Shown: positions 28,045 through 41,856, numbered from the stretch's first letter. The stretch is DNA of 64,000 nucleotides from Eledone cirrhosa (GCA_964016885.1 OZ024741.1:358174001-358238000); one strand, 5' to 3'. Notes: generated by a model from the letters alone, not told the origin. Program-made: numbers and translations.

Positions 28045-28400
28045 TTATATATACACACACACAATCATACACACTCACACACACACACATACACACACGC
28101 TCACACACACACGTTCACACACACATTCACATACACACACGCTCTCACACACACGCTCACACACGCTCACACACACACACGTTCACATACACACACGCTC
28201 TCACACACGCTTACACGCACACACACGCTCACACACACACACACACCGACACCACACACGCTCATATATACACACACGAGCGCACACACTTACCGACACC
28301 ACACATACATAGACGACACACACACATACAGCCCTCAATATAGATGCACACACTCATACACATACATCGACACCACACATAAACATACACAACCCTCAAG
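28045..28400. repeat. Degenerate (CA)n-rich simple repeat
   Basis: CA runs with CGCT/CAT interruptions. Confidence 0.85.
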
Positions 28401-28727
28401 ATAGATGTATGCACTCTCTCTTTCTCTTTCTCCCTCTCCCTCTTATGATATAAGATATGAATCGACTGTAGTTAGTCACGAAGTTAGAAAGCTATTGGAT
28501 CGTCAGGTGTGAAATTTGTAGAAATTTGTTTTTTTTCTACAAATTTCTACAAATTTCATACTTGACGATTAAATAGTTGCCAAATGCATCGGCTTTCACA
28601 AACAAACAAACAAACAAACAAACAAAAATGAAAACAATACCGTCTGTTTTCACTATTGGTCCCCACTCCCCAAACGGAAAAGAATATTAATGTTTAACGA
28701 TAAACAAATATTTTCAGTAAAAAATAA

Positions 28728-28912
28728 TTGTTTCTACTTTTGGCTCAAGGCCAGCAATAACCCAGTGCATTACTGGTACTTTATTTTATCGATCCCGTAA
28801 GGATGAAAGGCAAAGTTAACCTCGGCGGGATTTGAACTCAGAATGGCAAGGGCCGTAACTCTATGCGTCAAAGCATGGTGTCCGACCCTCTACCGATACT
28901 GCCAATCCACCG
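28728..28912 (-). mobile_element. tRNA-derived SINE (S1)
   Basis: Reverse complement of the S1 consensus. Confidence 0.85.
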
Positions 28913-29124
28913 TAAAAAATAATTATAGATAAATGTGGCTTAATTTACACATCCCTGAATTCAAACTGGAAAAAATATCTGGGAAAATCTTGGATTAGAT
29001 CATTTGAATGACATGCTCTAGTTGATCGTAATATATATAAATACATGTATAAAGAGATCTAAAACTGTCGCTAGGGTATGGTGCCATTAATTGGATTGTT
29101 AATACAAAAGTGATCAAAAAGAAG

Positions 29125-29392
29125 TAGTTTTAGTAGTTTTAGTAGTAGTAGTAGTGGTGGTGGTGGTGGTGGTGGTGGTGGTGTGGGTGGCGGTGATAGT
29201 AGTGGTAGTATGGTGGTGGCGTCGGTGGTGATAGTTGTGGTAGTGGCGTCGGCGGTGATAGTAGTGAATGTAGTAGTAGTAGTGATGGTGGTAATAGCAG
29301 TAATAGTCATGGTGGAGTCGTCGGCGATAGTAGTACTAGTACTAGTGGTGGTGATGGTGGTGGTAGTGGCGGCATCGGTGGTGATTGTGGCG
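29125..29392. repeat. (GTG/TAG)n degenerate trinucleotide repeat
   Basis: Visible directly. Confidence 0.85.
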
Positions 29393-29923
29393 AAAATATA
29401 AGATATTTGAGAAATATCCATGGTAGGCTATATGTGGAGATTAGGAAAACTACTGGGAATTCAGCCTATAAAGAAATTATTATTTGGTTGAGCAAGTGAG
29501 GAAAACAGGAAAACAGGCAAAGTTGACTTCGGTGGAATTTGATCTCAGAACGTAATAGGACATAACTAAATACCACAATGCATTTTGTCTGACGCTCTAA
29601 CGATTCTACCCACCCCTATATCTAAGGGTCTTGTTTCAGGGGGGTGCCAGGGGAAAGTGCCCCTCACTTTTTCAAACGTCTATATTTTATTTTTTGTTTA
29701 TTTGATATAATAAATTCTTTTTAAGCTTATTTTTTTTTTATATCTGAACTTTATTTGAATATATAAAATTTAATTAGCGTAAAATTTTATGTGATAGGGT
29801 CCGGGAAAGCCACCATAGGCAATTTATGCTCCTTTAAGAATCATCAGATTTTGGTTTGTCCCCCTCACATTTTTAAGGCAAACGAGGCCTCTGCATATAT
29901 CCCATTCAGAGTTTTGGAATCAA

Positions 29924-29963
<40 letters not shown>

Positions 29964-30144
29964 AGATAGAGAGAGAGGGCGAGAGAGAGAGAGAAAGAGA
30001 GAGAAAGAGAGAGAAAGAGAGAGTGAGAGAGAGAGTATGTGTGTTTGAAGAGGAACGACAAACTGTTGGTCACAGTTAAGAAAATAAAAATAAAAAAGGG
30101 ACAAAAGGAAGAGCGAACATCAAGAAAAGACAAGCAAGATACAC

Positions 30145-30430
30145 CACGAGGCTGCTTGAAATCTAGACCTACGGACCGTCTGCATATCCTGGTAAGCGTA
30201 GCCTCACCAGAGATACGACGAAGTGCAGCAAGCAAGAAAGAGCGTCAACAACAGACTGAAAATCTAAAACATCCTCTCTTTGGCCATGTGCCAACCAAAA
30301 GCCGCCTTAAATCCAGGACTACACAGCACTCCTGATATTCCCCCTGCTGGAACATCCCTGCACAGCATTGGACTTGGCAGAGTTTAATGAGAAAGGACAG
30401 CAGTGTGTTAAGTTGTGGCGGAACCACATC
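30145..30430 (+). mobile_element. LINE C-terminal remnant (Ingi/Vingi-like)
   Basis: LHILVSVASPEIRR..HPLFGH..RLKSR resembles the post-RT region of Ingi/Vingi-type LINEs. Confidence 0.45.
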
Positions 30431-31789
30431 CAGCCAAGCTTTCTAACCGACACTGTTGTGGACACGATAACTAGATCTCCAATTAAAACAATATGGAATT
30501 CACAGCTGTTTCTTGGAATCGACAACGCAGAGTTGAGGGTTTGTCTGAACAACCTGGAAGATTGTGGGAGTTGAGGGAGATAACGATGTTAGAGATATAA
30601 GTTTAGATTTCGTGGAACACTTAAATGAACAGTTGCTGGTGGAAACTAAACTTAGCAGTGTATCAAGAACAATAGAGTGGGCCCACACCTTACCTGGTTT
30701 ATTGGTTCCAAAATGTCCGTTATTAAAACAATGCATATGTTCAAGACCTTCATAAGTATAAAGTTATTGTGTACGTCAACAGTTAGGAGTAGGCATAACG
30801 TCAGGTTCTCTGGAGGTTGCGAAAACTCAGGAAAAGAACGATTGTGGTAAGGGTTAGAATTTTCTCTCTTACAGTAGATGGTGTGATTTTTTAAAGAGCA
30901 GGATGTCAAGAGTTAAAGCCTTCTTTTTTTTTTTTCCAACTGCGTATATTCGAAACACCAGTATTTCAAACCGCGCAATATACTGGACCACTTTATATGA
31001 ACTTCAAAGATGTGACCAGGTTTCAATACCAAGTTAGTCGGAGTCGTGAAAAGCTGTAAACTACTCTAAGTGGTGGTCACAATCGGGTGGATTACCCTTA
31101 TTTGTTTTATTTTTATTCATTTATTTATCTTTATATATGTATAGATATAAATAGGTAGTCGATTTGGCCGAGTCGGTTGAACGTTGGATACTTGTTCTGG
31201 CGTTCTTTGGCTTTTATTCTTTCGAGGTCAATAAAAGAAGAACCCGTCCAGTGCTGGTGTCGCTCACTTTCCTACCAACTGTCACATTCTTGATGATTCC
31301 TTGGATCAAAGCTAGGTGGGGCGAGAGGGTCTCTGTTTCTGCTCACGCCTGCATGAACAAATAAAAACCTTAATGGCAACATGGGACACGCAACAAAGTC
31401 TTACTTCATTTCAAATGTCGGCCGTAGTCAGTTTTATCTTTATAAGTGTATTTATTTATTTTGTGCAATTTATCTCTATTTATTTACGAATTTTTAATAC
31501 GTTTTACTGTATTGTATAACAGTTTTGCCCCACATTCATTGTAATCCCTTTGTATCGAATGAAAGGAACTGGGCGTAAATAAAGTGAAGAAATTATTCTT
31601 CAAGTTTGAAATTTTTCAGGAAATACCAGATAAAAAAAAATTCCTTAGAGTACTTGAAGATTTGTATTATTTTACAAACGAGGGCCCTATCACGTTTTTT
31701 GGCAAACCTAAAAGCCTCGTCTTTTGGTTTGTAGATTCATTTATCTTCGAAGAGTATGCAGTGTAGGGTCGCAGAAGAATGAGAAGGGG

Positions 31790-32275
31790 AGGAGGGAGCT
31801 TGATGGGCTTTAGACCTAGGGCGCGGCAGTGTTGGGGATGAGCGCCGCGGACAAGTCCGCAAGAGCATTTCCACAGACAACAGCTAGTGACACCCGCTGA
31901 AACAGCCACCCCCACCTCACGGGGCTCCTTTCTTAGACGGGCTGATGACGATCAGATCTTGCGCAGGAACTCGGCTGTACGGGGTCCCAGTACGCCTGAG
32001 ATCTCGACGGCGATCGATGCGAAGAGGGAGCGGCCGGACAATCCCCGGTATTTGTTTGTCTTCCTTACCTCTGCATTGCAGGCCACAGTACCGGGGATTG
32101 TGGCTGAAGCGACTAAGTTGGAGGCGGAGCACGTGTCACAATATATGGCGTCCCAGATGAGGGATCTACCTCCTTCGAATGGGAAGAGGGTAATTCCGTC
32201 GGGGCGCTTGCCCTCTCTGCAGTCGAGGCTTTCTAGCTCCAGTTGTGATGGGAAGCCAGCTGCCTCCAGACGGAA
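31790..32275 (-). mobile_element. CRE-clade LINE 3' fragment (RLE)
   Basis: AAGFPSQLE..KRPDGITLFPF..WDA; same family as 24960-25430. Confidence 0.8.
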
Positions 32276-32459
32276 TAGTAAGTGATGTACAGATGTATGT
32301 GTAATTGGAGTAAAAGAGAATTGACAGGTGGGCATTGAATGTTAATGATCTTTACTCTTTCTCTTCCTCTCAATGGTATTTGTTTACTACTAGTTGCTTG
32401 TATGACTCAAACTCGAGGTGGGGGCACTAGTGAGTGGTTTTTCTATCATATCTTGCTAA

Positions 32460-32610
32460 GGTGTGAAAGCGCATGGTTTAGTGGTTAGAGCATTGGGCTT
32501 GCAATTGAAAGGTTGTGAGTTCAATTCTCGGACCGGGTGATGTGTTGTTTCCTTGAGCAAGACACTTTATTTCCCGTTGCTCCAGTTTACTCAGCTGTAG
32601 AAATGAGATG
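32460..32610 (+). mobile_element. tRNA-derived SINE family S2 (5' part)
   Basis: GCGCATGGTTTAGTGGTTAGAGC..GAGTTCAATTC..CCTTGAGCAAGACACTT; fuller copy at 61840-62212 (-). Confidence 0.75.
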
Positions 32611-33579
32611 ATAGGACTGGGGTCCCTATCATTAATTTACCCAAGACACCTCCAACGAGATATACCTTGGAGGAGGCCAGCTAAACCTGCATAGGTGTGA
32701 GCTGTCACACACAAGGTGTACATGTCGTTTTCGTGCTGTACTCAATTATATTGTAGTAATTGTAGCAAAATGTTCTACTTTGATATGACACAAACTAATA
32801 TATACAAAACAAACATAACAAATTAGTCGAACACGACTAATTGTTAAATGTTAAAATTTAAAAACATTAAACAAAAATATATTTGTCACATTTTACAGCC
32901 TAGTAAATATTATATATGTCTTTGTTAGACTTAGGTGGGTTATCTTTGAAGATCCTTGAGAAATTCAGTTCTTGAGTGTAAGAGTGACGAATGTTATCTA
33001 CCACCAAGGAGATCCCAGCGTGATTTGAACTTAAATTGCAAACTGCCAGAACAAATACCGCAAGGAATTTCATCTGACACCTCGAAAATTCCGTCAATTC
33101 GCCCCTCTGGGCTAGTATTTTATTTTATCGACCCCGAAAGAGTGAAAGACAAAGCTAACCTCGGTGGGATTTGAACAGAGCGCGGAGGATCAGGATAACA
33201 TTGACTTTGACGGATTAAATAATTCTTTGAAATAAGGAAGAAGTAAATGGTGTCTTCATCCGGAATTCTAATATTTCCTTGTTGTACTGGCATACTTTCT
33301 GTGTAAAAAGAAAAGTTGAGTCAAAAGACAAACGAACGTAGTTAAATACTGAGAAGGAATGGATCTCAGTTTCGATAATGACTGTTCCCGCTGCTCGTGA
33401 ACTTAACGTGTAAATGACTGAGCCTTCCAAAGATACATGTACCCATAACGTAATTCTCAGTGAGCTTCAGTGTGACACAAGGTTGGCCCTTGTCCATTCG
33501 AAAAGCTTCTACATAGTTTCCCTTTACCCAATTTCACCCACACGATTAGGATCGACCCGTGCCTATGGTAAATGGAACT

Positions 33580-33975
33580 CGCTGAATATGCTATGCAGCC
33601 TATTCTGTTATACGGAAGTGAAACATGGACCTTTGCAGGGAAATGAAAAATAAAAAAGCTGGACAGTTGCTATACCAGAATGCTGCGCATGACATTGGAT
33701 GTATTATGGTGAGACAGAATGACAAATTAACAGCTATATGGAGATTTACCAACTATACTATCCAAGCTAGGTACCAGGAGAAGGTTAGTAGGGCACTGTG
33801 TAAGACACCCAAAAGAAGAAGCATAAAAAAATGGTACTGGGGAAACCACCATTCCGACTAAGAAGCGCCGGTTGTAGAGCAATAACATACATTGATACTC
33901 TGCTGAAAGACACTGGCTTAGCTAATGTAAATGAATTGAGAATTACAATGATGGATAGAGAGGAAGTGAAAATGA
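33580..33975 (+). mobile_element. RTE LINE 3' remnant
   Basis: ILLYGSETWT..KLDSCYTRMLRMTL..GHC.RH, homologous to 17530-17870. Confidence 0.65.
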
Positions 33976-34574
33976 GATCGAAACCGTGAAGCGAACGTAT
34001 TCATCTTTCAGCCCTGTTATGTCCACAGCAATCCTTTTTTATTAGAAACTTTACTGATGCTCTACTACCGTCCTTTGTGATTCTGCTATTCCTCCAGTAC
34101 GAGGAGAAATCCCATCATGCTGCTCCAAATAAGGAAAAGGCACACAAGGTATTATTGTAGTAGAGACTTCTAAAAAGGTGGGATAATTTTGATTAATACT
34201 CTTCTAGGTGGGAAAGAGTTAAACAACAACAAATGTGCGAAGAGGGTCCGTCACCAGAAGGGAGTTAGGGTTAAATGGCATTGCCTACTCCTTCCTACTT
34301 ACAAAAGTACACAGTGATATGCAAATTTACGGAGATATGCTTATTCCGAAACTCCACCTAAGAATTATTGTGAATTAGAATGTTTACCAAGAATATTCTG
34401 AAGCACGATCTTCGAAAACCAATGCTTGGCAACGGAACTGGTGCGAAGAAAGAGTTAAATAAGTGGTTCACCAAGAATAGACACTGCAGTTCATAGTTTT
34501 CTATTTGGTTGCCATCATACTGTAGGACCTACATTCCGCGGGCTCAGATACATTCTCTGTGCTTGATTTGGCTC

Positions 34575-34690
34575 AGCTCAGCCAATCAGCGCCAGTAGAA
34601 GAGAATGTAGCCCTACGCGCCCTGAGGGAAAAATTCCCGCGTGGATTTGAGAAATCGCCCTCTTGTACGCTGACCGTAGAAAGGTAAACA
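34575..34690 (+). promoter_or_regulatory. Candidate Pol II promoter (CCAAT + E2F/CHR-like) with downstream splice donor
   Basis: AGCCAATCAG at 34580-34589; TTCCCGCG at 34634-34641, 4-nt spacer, TTTGAG at 34646-34651; AAG|GTAAAC at 34684; locally CpG-rich. Confidence 0.3.
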
Positions 34691-35825
34691 ACTAACTTTC
34701 TTTCGTTGAAATCACTAGCCAATATGTAACACAACAATTTAACCACGGCCTGGCAATACTTCAGCCAGTGGACTGTGCCTTCTGAATTCTTAATTCGTTT
34801 GTTTTATCTCTTTTGGCATGCCAGCTCTACTCAGCTCAACTTTATTAATAAATAATGTAAAACAAGCCAAAAGTCGTTGTCGATATTCCTAACATCTTAC
34901 TACCAAACTTTTACCACAGCAATGCCTTTAAATGTGATATGAAGGATTCCTTCCAGAGGTATTATCACAGCAGCAACAGAATCTGAGACTTACAGCCTAA
35001 CCTCAATTCTTCGTGGTGATACATCTACTCTTAAAACCATCCTGTTAAAACTGGTGACCTTCGACGCAGGAGTATTTAGGCATGAAATGCTCCTTCACAA
35101 TATATATATATATATACATCATCTCAGCATTCTGTTAAAATACTACAGAATATGAATACTTAAAATGCACAATTAAAAAGAAATCTCTCAGAATATAATG
35201 TTCGTATTAAAGCAGAAATATATAATAGTTCTGCTCGGTAGAGCATATATACAAACGACGTCATTTCTACTTTATGTTGCGGAAAAAAAACAAAGATTAT
35301 CCCTGGATAAAAGTACATAACAATTATCTTGTGTTGAACTAACCGTTAAGCCTTAAAGTTCTAGTAGTATTGCTATTAAAATTAATATACACATCTTACA
35401 TTGGCGGCATCATGACCAAATGAGTAAGAAGATCACTTTGTAATCTTAAGGACCCGGATTCGATCCCACTGCCTGGCATCTTGGGTCAAAGAAGGAAGAA
35501 AAAACCCCCAAAAAACTGAAATGAAACAGAAATTTGAAAGGAAAAGGTAGAAAAGAATCATTGAAATATTTATTCCACAAAGTGTTCTGTCTCATTTAGA
35601 AAGTGTTTCATAGCCTCAGCTCGATTCAGTTGTTTTGAAATGGGATTCTATTTCAGTAGAGATAGTAAGTCCTGAAGAAATTTCAATGAACATTAGGTAA
35701 AGTGTGGAATGAACACGTGTGTGTTTCCACAATAAGTGTTTCAGTTGTTCGTTCAACAGAACAGCCTGCCCATGAAATTAATGTGTAAGTGGCTGAGTAT
35801 TTTACGCACTTGTGTACGTTTAACG

Positions 35826-36314
35826 TTTAGGATGTTAATATCAGTGTATATATATTATCAAGAATGACAATAAATGCAGGTGAGTGTTGTGACATGGTTT
35901 TACTTCACAGAAGTCAAATAAATTAATATAAATAATTGTTACCACATGTTGATGGTCAGTTGGTCACAACTCCCAGACTGGAGTGTGTAGAGAAGAACAG
36001 AAATATTCCCTTGGTAAGGTTCAAGTGTTTCTTTAGGCTGCCGGCGCAGGAAGTGAGACAGGAGTCATCTCTTGACAAGGTCTGAGGTGTTCTTCTTGTT
36101 GCGGCGAAGGAAGTGAGAGTGATGCCTTGATTGTCCTCAAATATATAGTCCACAGGGGGACGCAACTCCATTTAGTACATGGACCTGCCACTGGGAGTCG
36201 CGACCGTCACAAAGGGACGCAACTCCTATACGTATCTGCCACTGGGAGTCGCGACCGTCGCAAAGGGACGCAACTCCTATACGTGGTGAGTTACAGCCGT
36301 AAGGGGCCGCTACA
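35826..36314 (-). repeat. 3' LTR
   Basis: Starts TGTAG after the PPT on the minus strand; contains an internal ~51-bp tandem repeat. Confidence 0.9.
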
Positions 36315-36479
36315 GTACCCTCCTCCAGACGCTAGGCGAAAAGCCCGAAGGTAACTGTAACGAACCCACAAGCATGGGCTCCCAGCACAGGCATGAAATA
36401 TTAACGCAAAGGTACATGTATAAATCAGGCATGAAATGGCAACTAAAAGGTACATGGTAATACAAAACAGAGAAAAACA

Positions 36480-39400
36480 AAATAGGCTCCAGTGGCCAGT
36501 TCACATGAAAACAGTTTGGCAGGGGTTTTTGGGGCCAGTGGACTCTTCGACCGGAACGGGTCGTGGTCTTGTATGTAGGTGAAGGTTGGGCAGAAGGAGC
36601 AGGTGTATGCACAAGAGAGAAAGATTGGGGTATTTGTGGCTCGGGTGTATGAGCGTCATTGTATGCCCTTTTTAGTCTATCCACCGAAATTATCTCTCTG
36701 GACCCCTTAATGTCTACAGTGAAATGTTTGTCAGTACGTGCTAACACACGGTAGGGACCAGAGTACGGTTGTGTGAGGGGTGGAGTAACCGCATCGTTTC
36801 TGACGAATACATGTGTCCACGAGGCATTATCCCTCGGGACTGCAGCTTTAATAGTTTGTTTCCTAGTATTCATGGGCGGTAAGTCCTGAAAATAGGAGCG
36901 CAAACGAGATACGTAGGAAACAGGGTCCTGGAAAGCAAGATCAACAGGGACAAGCATTTGCCCAGGCAACGCTAGAGGAGCACCATACAGTAATTCGGCC
37001 GGGGAGAACCCAAGGTCCTCCTTTATTGATGACCGAATTCCTAACAACACAATAGGAAGGTACTCGCTCCAACATTGAGAGTCTGGATAGGCGCGAAGAG
37101 CGGCCTATAATTGGCGGTGGAATCGTTCCACCATTCCGTTTGAAGCAGGATGATAAGCTGTGGTCCGAATCCGTTGAGCGCCAATGATCTTTGTGAGCTC
37201 AGAGAAAAGATGAGACTCAAATTGTCTACCACGGTCTGTGGTGACTGTAGTTGGTACCCCAAAGCGGGTAATCCACCCTGATACCAGGGCACGCGCTACA
37301 GTCTCAGCAGTAATATCTTTTAAGGGGATGGCTTCAAGCCATCACGAAAAACGATCGATACAGGTCAAGAGGTACGAATATCCACTACTGAATGGCCAAG
37401 GTCCAACGATATCAACTGACACTGTGTGCAGGAACGGCACCAGACAGTAATTTCTCGCCTCATATTGGGCCAGAAAAATCTAGCCGTTATAAGCTTTACT
37501 GTGGTAGAAATTCCTGGGTGAGAAATGCTGTGCAAAGCAAGGAACACAATTCGACGGTGAGTCTCAGGAACAAATGGTCGTGGTGAATCCGTAGATACAT
37601 CACATAGAATCTGCCTGTCGGTGGTCGACAAGGGCAGATATTTGAAGATGCAAGTCGCAAATTCGGCAGAAAGAGTATCCAACGATTGGAGTGCAGGTTG
37701 GTCTGCAGCTAAACGACCTAAGTCGATCTCCTGGGATGACGAGATGAAGCTGATTGGCAAACGTGACAATGCATCTGCAGCTATGTTATGCGAGACAGCA
37801 ATGTGCTGGATATCATTTGTAAATTGCGAAACGTAATCCAGGTGCCTTGTCTCTCTGGGCGAATATCTGTCGGCTTTAGCCCTCAAAGCGAAGGTCAGAG
37901 GTTTGTGTTCGGTTAAAACAGCAAAATTTCTCCCCTCAAGAATATGAGAGAAATGTTTCACCGACAGATATATGGCTAATAATTCCCGCCCAAACGTGCT
38001 GTAACGCGTTTCTGCTGGTTTCAGCTTCCTCGAGAAAAATGCCAAAGGTTGTTGGTTTCCAGCGTTGTACTGCTGCAAAACTGCTCCCACAGCGGTATCA
38101 GATGCATCAACACAAAGCGAAAGCTTGGCCTCTGGTACCGGGCGGACTAGCAAAGATAAACTAGCGAGTTCTGTCTTGGCAGTCTGGAAGTCTTTAAGTT
38201 GTCCTTGTGTCCAGGAAATATCCTCATTCTTCTTACGACGATTTTTCAAAATATCAGTAAGGGAAGATAGCAAATTAGCACAATGAAGAACGAAACGGCT
38301 ATAGAAATTGATTAGGCCTAAGAAGTGACGCAACTGGTGAAGTGTAGTAGGCGGAGGTAAATCCTGTATGGCTTGAACTCGCTGAGGGAGCGGCCTAGTA
38401 CCTTCGGCGTCGAAGAGGTGGCCTAAAAAATTTAGCGAAGTGGAACCGAAAACACACTTTGCGGGATTCACACGAACGCGGTAATCCTGAAGTCGCCGAA
38501 ATAAGAGATGCATGTGGCGCATATGCTCTTCTGGAGAGGAACTAGCGACGAGAATATCGTCTATGTAAGCATAAACGAAGTCCAGACCACGAGTGACTTC
38601 GTCTATGAACCGCTGAAAAGTGCTAGCGGCGTTCCTGAGTCCGAAAGACATGGTCAAAAATTCGAAGGATCCGAAAGGAGTTGTAATCACCATTTTCGGA
38701 ATATCCTCCTTCCTGACCGGAATTTGGTGGTAGGCTCGCACTAAATCTAGTTTTGAGAAAATCTTACACCCCTGCAGTGAAGATGCGAAATCCTGGAGAA
38801 GGGGAATGGGATACCTATCCGGGACGGTCATAGCATTTAACCTCCTGTAATCCCCAGTGGGTCTCCAATCGCCGGAAATCTTGGGCACCATGTGTAACGG
38901 TGAAGCCCAAGGACTCGTAGATGAGCGAATAATGCCCAGCTGCAGCATATGGTCGAACTCGGACCGTGCTGCCTTTAATTTGTCCGCCGGTAAGCGGCGT
39001 GGACGCGAAAACACTGGAGCACCGGTGGTGGAAATGAAATGTTCAGTTGAGTGTGTTGGCCCAGTGACTCGACAATTTCCATCGGTGAGCTCCGGGAAGG
39101 AACCTAACAACGAATGGTAGGCGTCTCCAGCGGCAGCGATGAAGAATATGGGGCTGACTGTTGGAGCATTGGCTTTTCGGCCACGAATTGAAAAACCGGT
39201 GATGTCATCCACCAGGCGTTGGCCACGGACGTCCACAGTCAAAGAGAAGTTGTGGAGGAAATCCGCTCCTAAGATAGGGTATGGCAAATCGGCAACCGTA
39301 AAAATCCACTTAAAATCTCTACGAAGATTTAGGAATTTGAGAGGAAGCGAGCTTTGCCCGTACGTCTTTATAGACGAGTGATTAACTACCTCCAGAGTAA

Positions 39401-39530
39401 CGGATGGGGGTATCTTTCAAGCAATGGACCGGCCAAATACTACAGGAGGCTCCTGTATCCACGATGAAACCTCTTCCCGATATAAGGTCCTTAATGAAGA
39501 AATGGTGGTTTGGTGGCTTTATGTTGAGGT
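36480..39530 (-). pseudogene. pol: Gypsy pol (protease, RT, RNase H, integrase), frameshifted/deleted
   Basis: VDTGA protease, [74 protein letters not shown]. Confidence 0.93.
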
Positions 39531-40337
39531 CAACTGCCCCCATCAGCGGACCTCTTTGGCGTTTCCCGCCTTATGAAACAAGCAAGGTTGCACGCAGTGG
39601 TTCGCGCTCTCGACAAATCGCTCATGGTACCAGCATAAAGATGAAGCTGGTGACTTGGAGTGGCGTCTAAAAGATTGAGATCTCCCGCGGCTGCGGAGGC
39701 GCGAACGGGCACAACACCAGATCTTCATCTTCTGGAGCTCCAGGATGAGTTCCTGAATGGACTTCTGCATCGCCATAATGACTGAGTGAGATGCCATTGT
39801 TATACCGTAGGTAATCTGCAGAAAAAAAAAATCGTCTCCGTTTGGAAAAATGTCTCCAAAAGAAAACAAAATCGCTTATTTTTCTCTGCCAAACAACTGG
39901 ACAGGAAAAAGAATGTATTCGAGACAATATGCAAAGGAGCGACTAACCGAGCGATGTCATTAACAAGTTATAGGCAGGGAATTTAAAACTAAAACTAATA
40001 TGGTGGACGATTTCGCGCCAAAAACACTATTGATGGAGAAGAAAGCCGCCATCTTGTCATCCCCAAAAATTTTAGCCAGAGAAAAGAAGAAAAGAAGAAA
40101 AGGAGAAAAAAAGAAAAAAAAACATTAACACAATTGCTGTTTGTTTGTGTGTAAATACTTTGGATGTTCGTTTTGCACATATGAAGAGTTTGATGTTAAG
40201 TGTTACAGAGAAATATGTTTAGATCGATCAATACAGCCATATCAGAATCAAGTGTGTTGTTCTGTATTAAATGTTTGTTTGTTTCTCTTTTTTTTTTTTA
40301 TTACACATGGTACCATTTCCCATTTTTTTTTCTTAAA

Positions 40338-40352
40338 ACGTCAGGTCACCAA
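40338..40352 (-). other. Primer binding site, tRNA-Trp-like
   Basis: TGGTGACCTGACG immediately inside the 5' LTR; resembles the complement of the tRNA-Trp 3' end (TGGTGACCCCGACG). Confidence 0.6.
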
Positions 40353-40837
40353 TTTAGAATGTTAGTATCAGTGAATATATATTATCAAGAATGACAATAA
40401 ATGCAGGTGAGTGTTGTGACATGGTTTTACTTCACAGAAGTCAAATAAAGTAATATAAATAATTGTTACCACATGTTGATGGTCAGTTGGTCACAACTCC
40501 CAGACTGGAGTGTGTAGAGAAGAACAGAAATATTCCCTTGGTAAGGTTCAAGTGTTTCTTTAGGCTGCCGGCGCAGGAAGTGAGACAGGAGTCATCTCTT
40601 GACAAGGTCTGAGGTGTTCTTCTTGTTGCGGCGAAGGAAGTGAAAGTGATGCCTTGATTGTCCTCAAATATATAGTCCCCAGGGGGATGCAACTCCATTT
40701 AGTACATGGATCTGCCACTGGAAGTCGCGACGGTCACAAAGGGACGCAACTCCTATACGTATCTGCCACTGGGAGTCGCGACCGTCGCAAAGGGACGCAA
40801 CTCCTATACGTGCTGAGTTACAGCCGTAAGGGTGTCT
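40353..40837 (-). repeat. 5' LTR
   Basis: Near-identical to 35826-36314 except at the outer ~10 bp. Confidence 0.9.
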
Positions 40838-40865
40838 AATGAATATATATATATATGTATATATA

Positions 40866-41022
40866 CAGCGAAATTCCGTTATAACGAAATTCACGGGGAA
40901 CAAAAAAATTCGTTGAAACGAAACATTTTTATAACGAAATTGGCCTAACACATCGAGCTTGTGCTCGGGGATTGAAGAAAATTTCGTTATACAGAAAAAT
41001 TCGTTATAACGAAATTTTACCT
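40866..41022. mobile_element. Tc1/mariner (Tigger/pogo-like) MITE
   Basis: TA-CAGCGAAATTCCGTTATAACGAA ... TTCGTTATAACGAAATTTTACC-TA imperfect TIRs in TA context. Confidence 0.6.
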
Positions 41023-41037
41023 ATATATATATATATA

Positions 41038-41200
41038 CAACAACAACAGCAACAACAATGCCAAGAACAACACCACCACCACCACCACCACCACCAACAA
41101 CAACAACAACGCTAAGAACAACACTACCACCACCACCAACACCACCACCACCTCCACCAACAACAACGCCAAGAACAACACCACCACCACCACCACCACC

Positions 41201-41232
<32 letters not shown>

Positions 41233-41467
41233 CAACAACGCCAAGAACACCACCACCACCACCACCACCACCACCACCACCACCACCACCACCACCACCA
41301 ACACCACCAACAACAACAACAACGCCAAGAACAACACCACCACCACAACCATCACCACCACCAACAACAACAACAACGCCAACAACAACACCACCACCAC
41401 CACCACCACCACCAACAACAACAACAACGCCAAGAACAACACCACCACCACCACCACCACCACCACC

Positions 41468-41499
<32 letters not shown>

Positions 41500-41536
41500 C
41501 GCCAAGAACAACACCACCACCACCACCACAACCACC

Positions 41537-41568
<32 letters not shown>

Positions 41569-41767
41569 CGCCAAGAACAACACCACCACCACCACCACCA
41601 CCACCACCACCACCACCAACAACAACAACAACGCCAAGAACAACACCACCACCACAACCATCACCACCAACAACAACAACAACAACGCCAAGAACAACAC
41701 CACAACCACCACCACCACCACCACCAACAACAACAACAACGCCAAGAACAACACCACCACCACCACC

Positions 41768-41799
<32 letters not shown>

Positions 41800-41824
41800 C
41801 GCCAAGAACAACACCACCACCACC

Positions 41825-41856
<32 letters not shown>

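Larger units (their letters stand above)
35826..40837 (-). mobile_element. Gypsy/Ty3 LTR retrotransposon with both LTRs, defective
   Basis: ~490-bp direct repeats at 35826-36314 and 40353-40837; PBS, PPT GGAGGAGGG near 36318-36326, and PR-RT-RH-INT order. Confidence 0.95.

Noticed and set aside
28499-28570. ~30-bp-arm hairpin as terminator or ncRNA
   Set aside because: AT-rich short inverted repeat with no supporting motif; likely a local fold-back or MITE remnant.
30560-30760. Possible host exon
   Set aside because: Short open frames on both strands with no recognisable protein motif or convincing splice-site pair.
32460-32535. tRNA gene (also the S1 heads)
   Set aside because: A/B boxes are present but continue into SINE bodies found in multiple copies; no clean cloverleaf or terminator.
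35821-40842. 5-bp target-site duplication TAACG/TAATG for the Gypsy element
   Set aside because: The outer end of the right LTR is diverged, so the boundary and TSD cannot be fixed.
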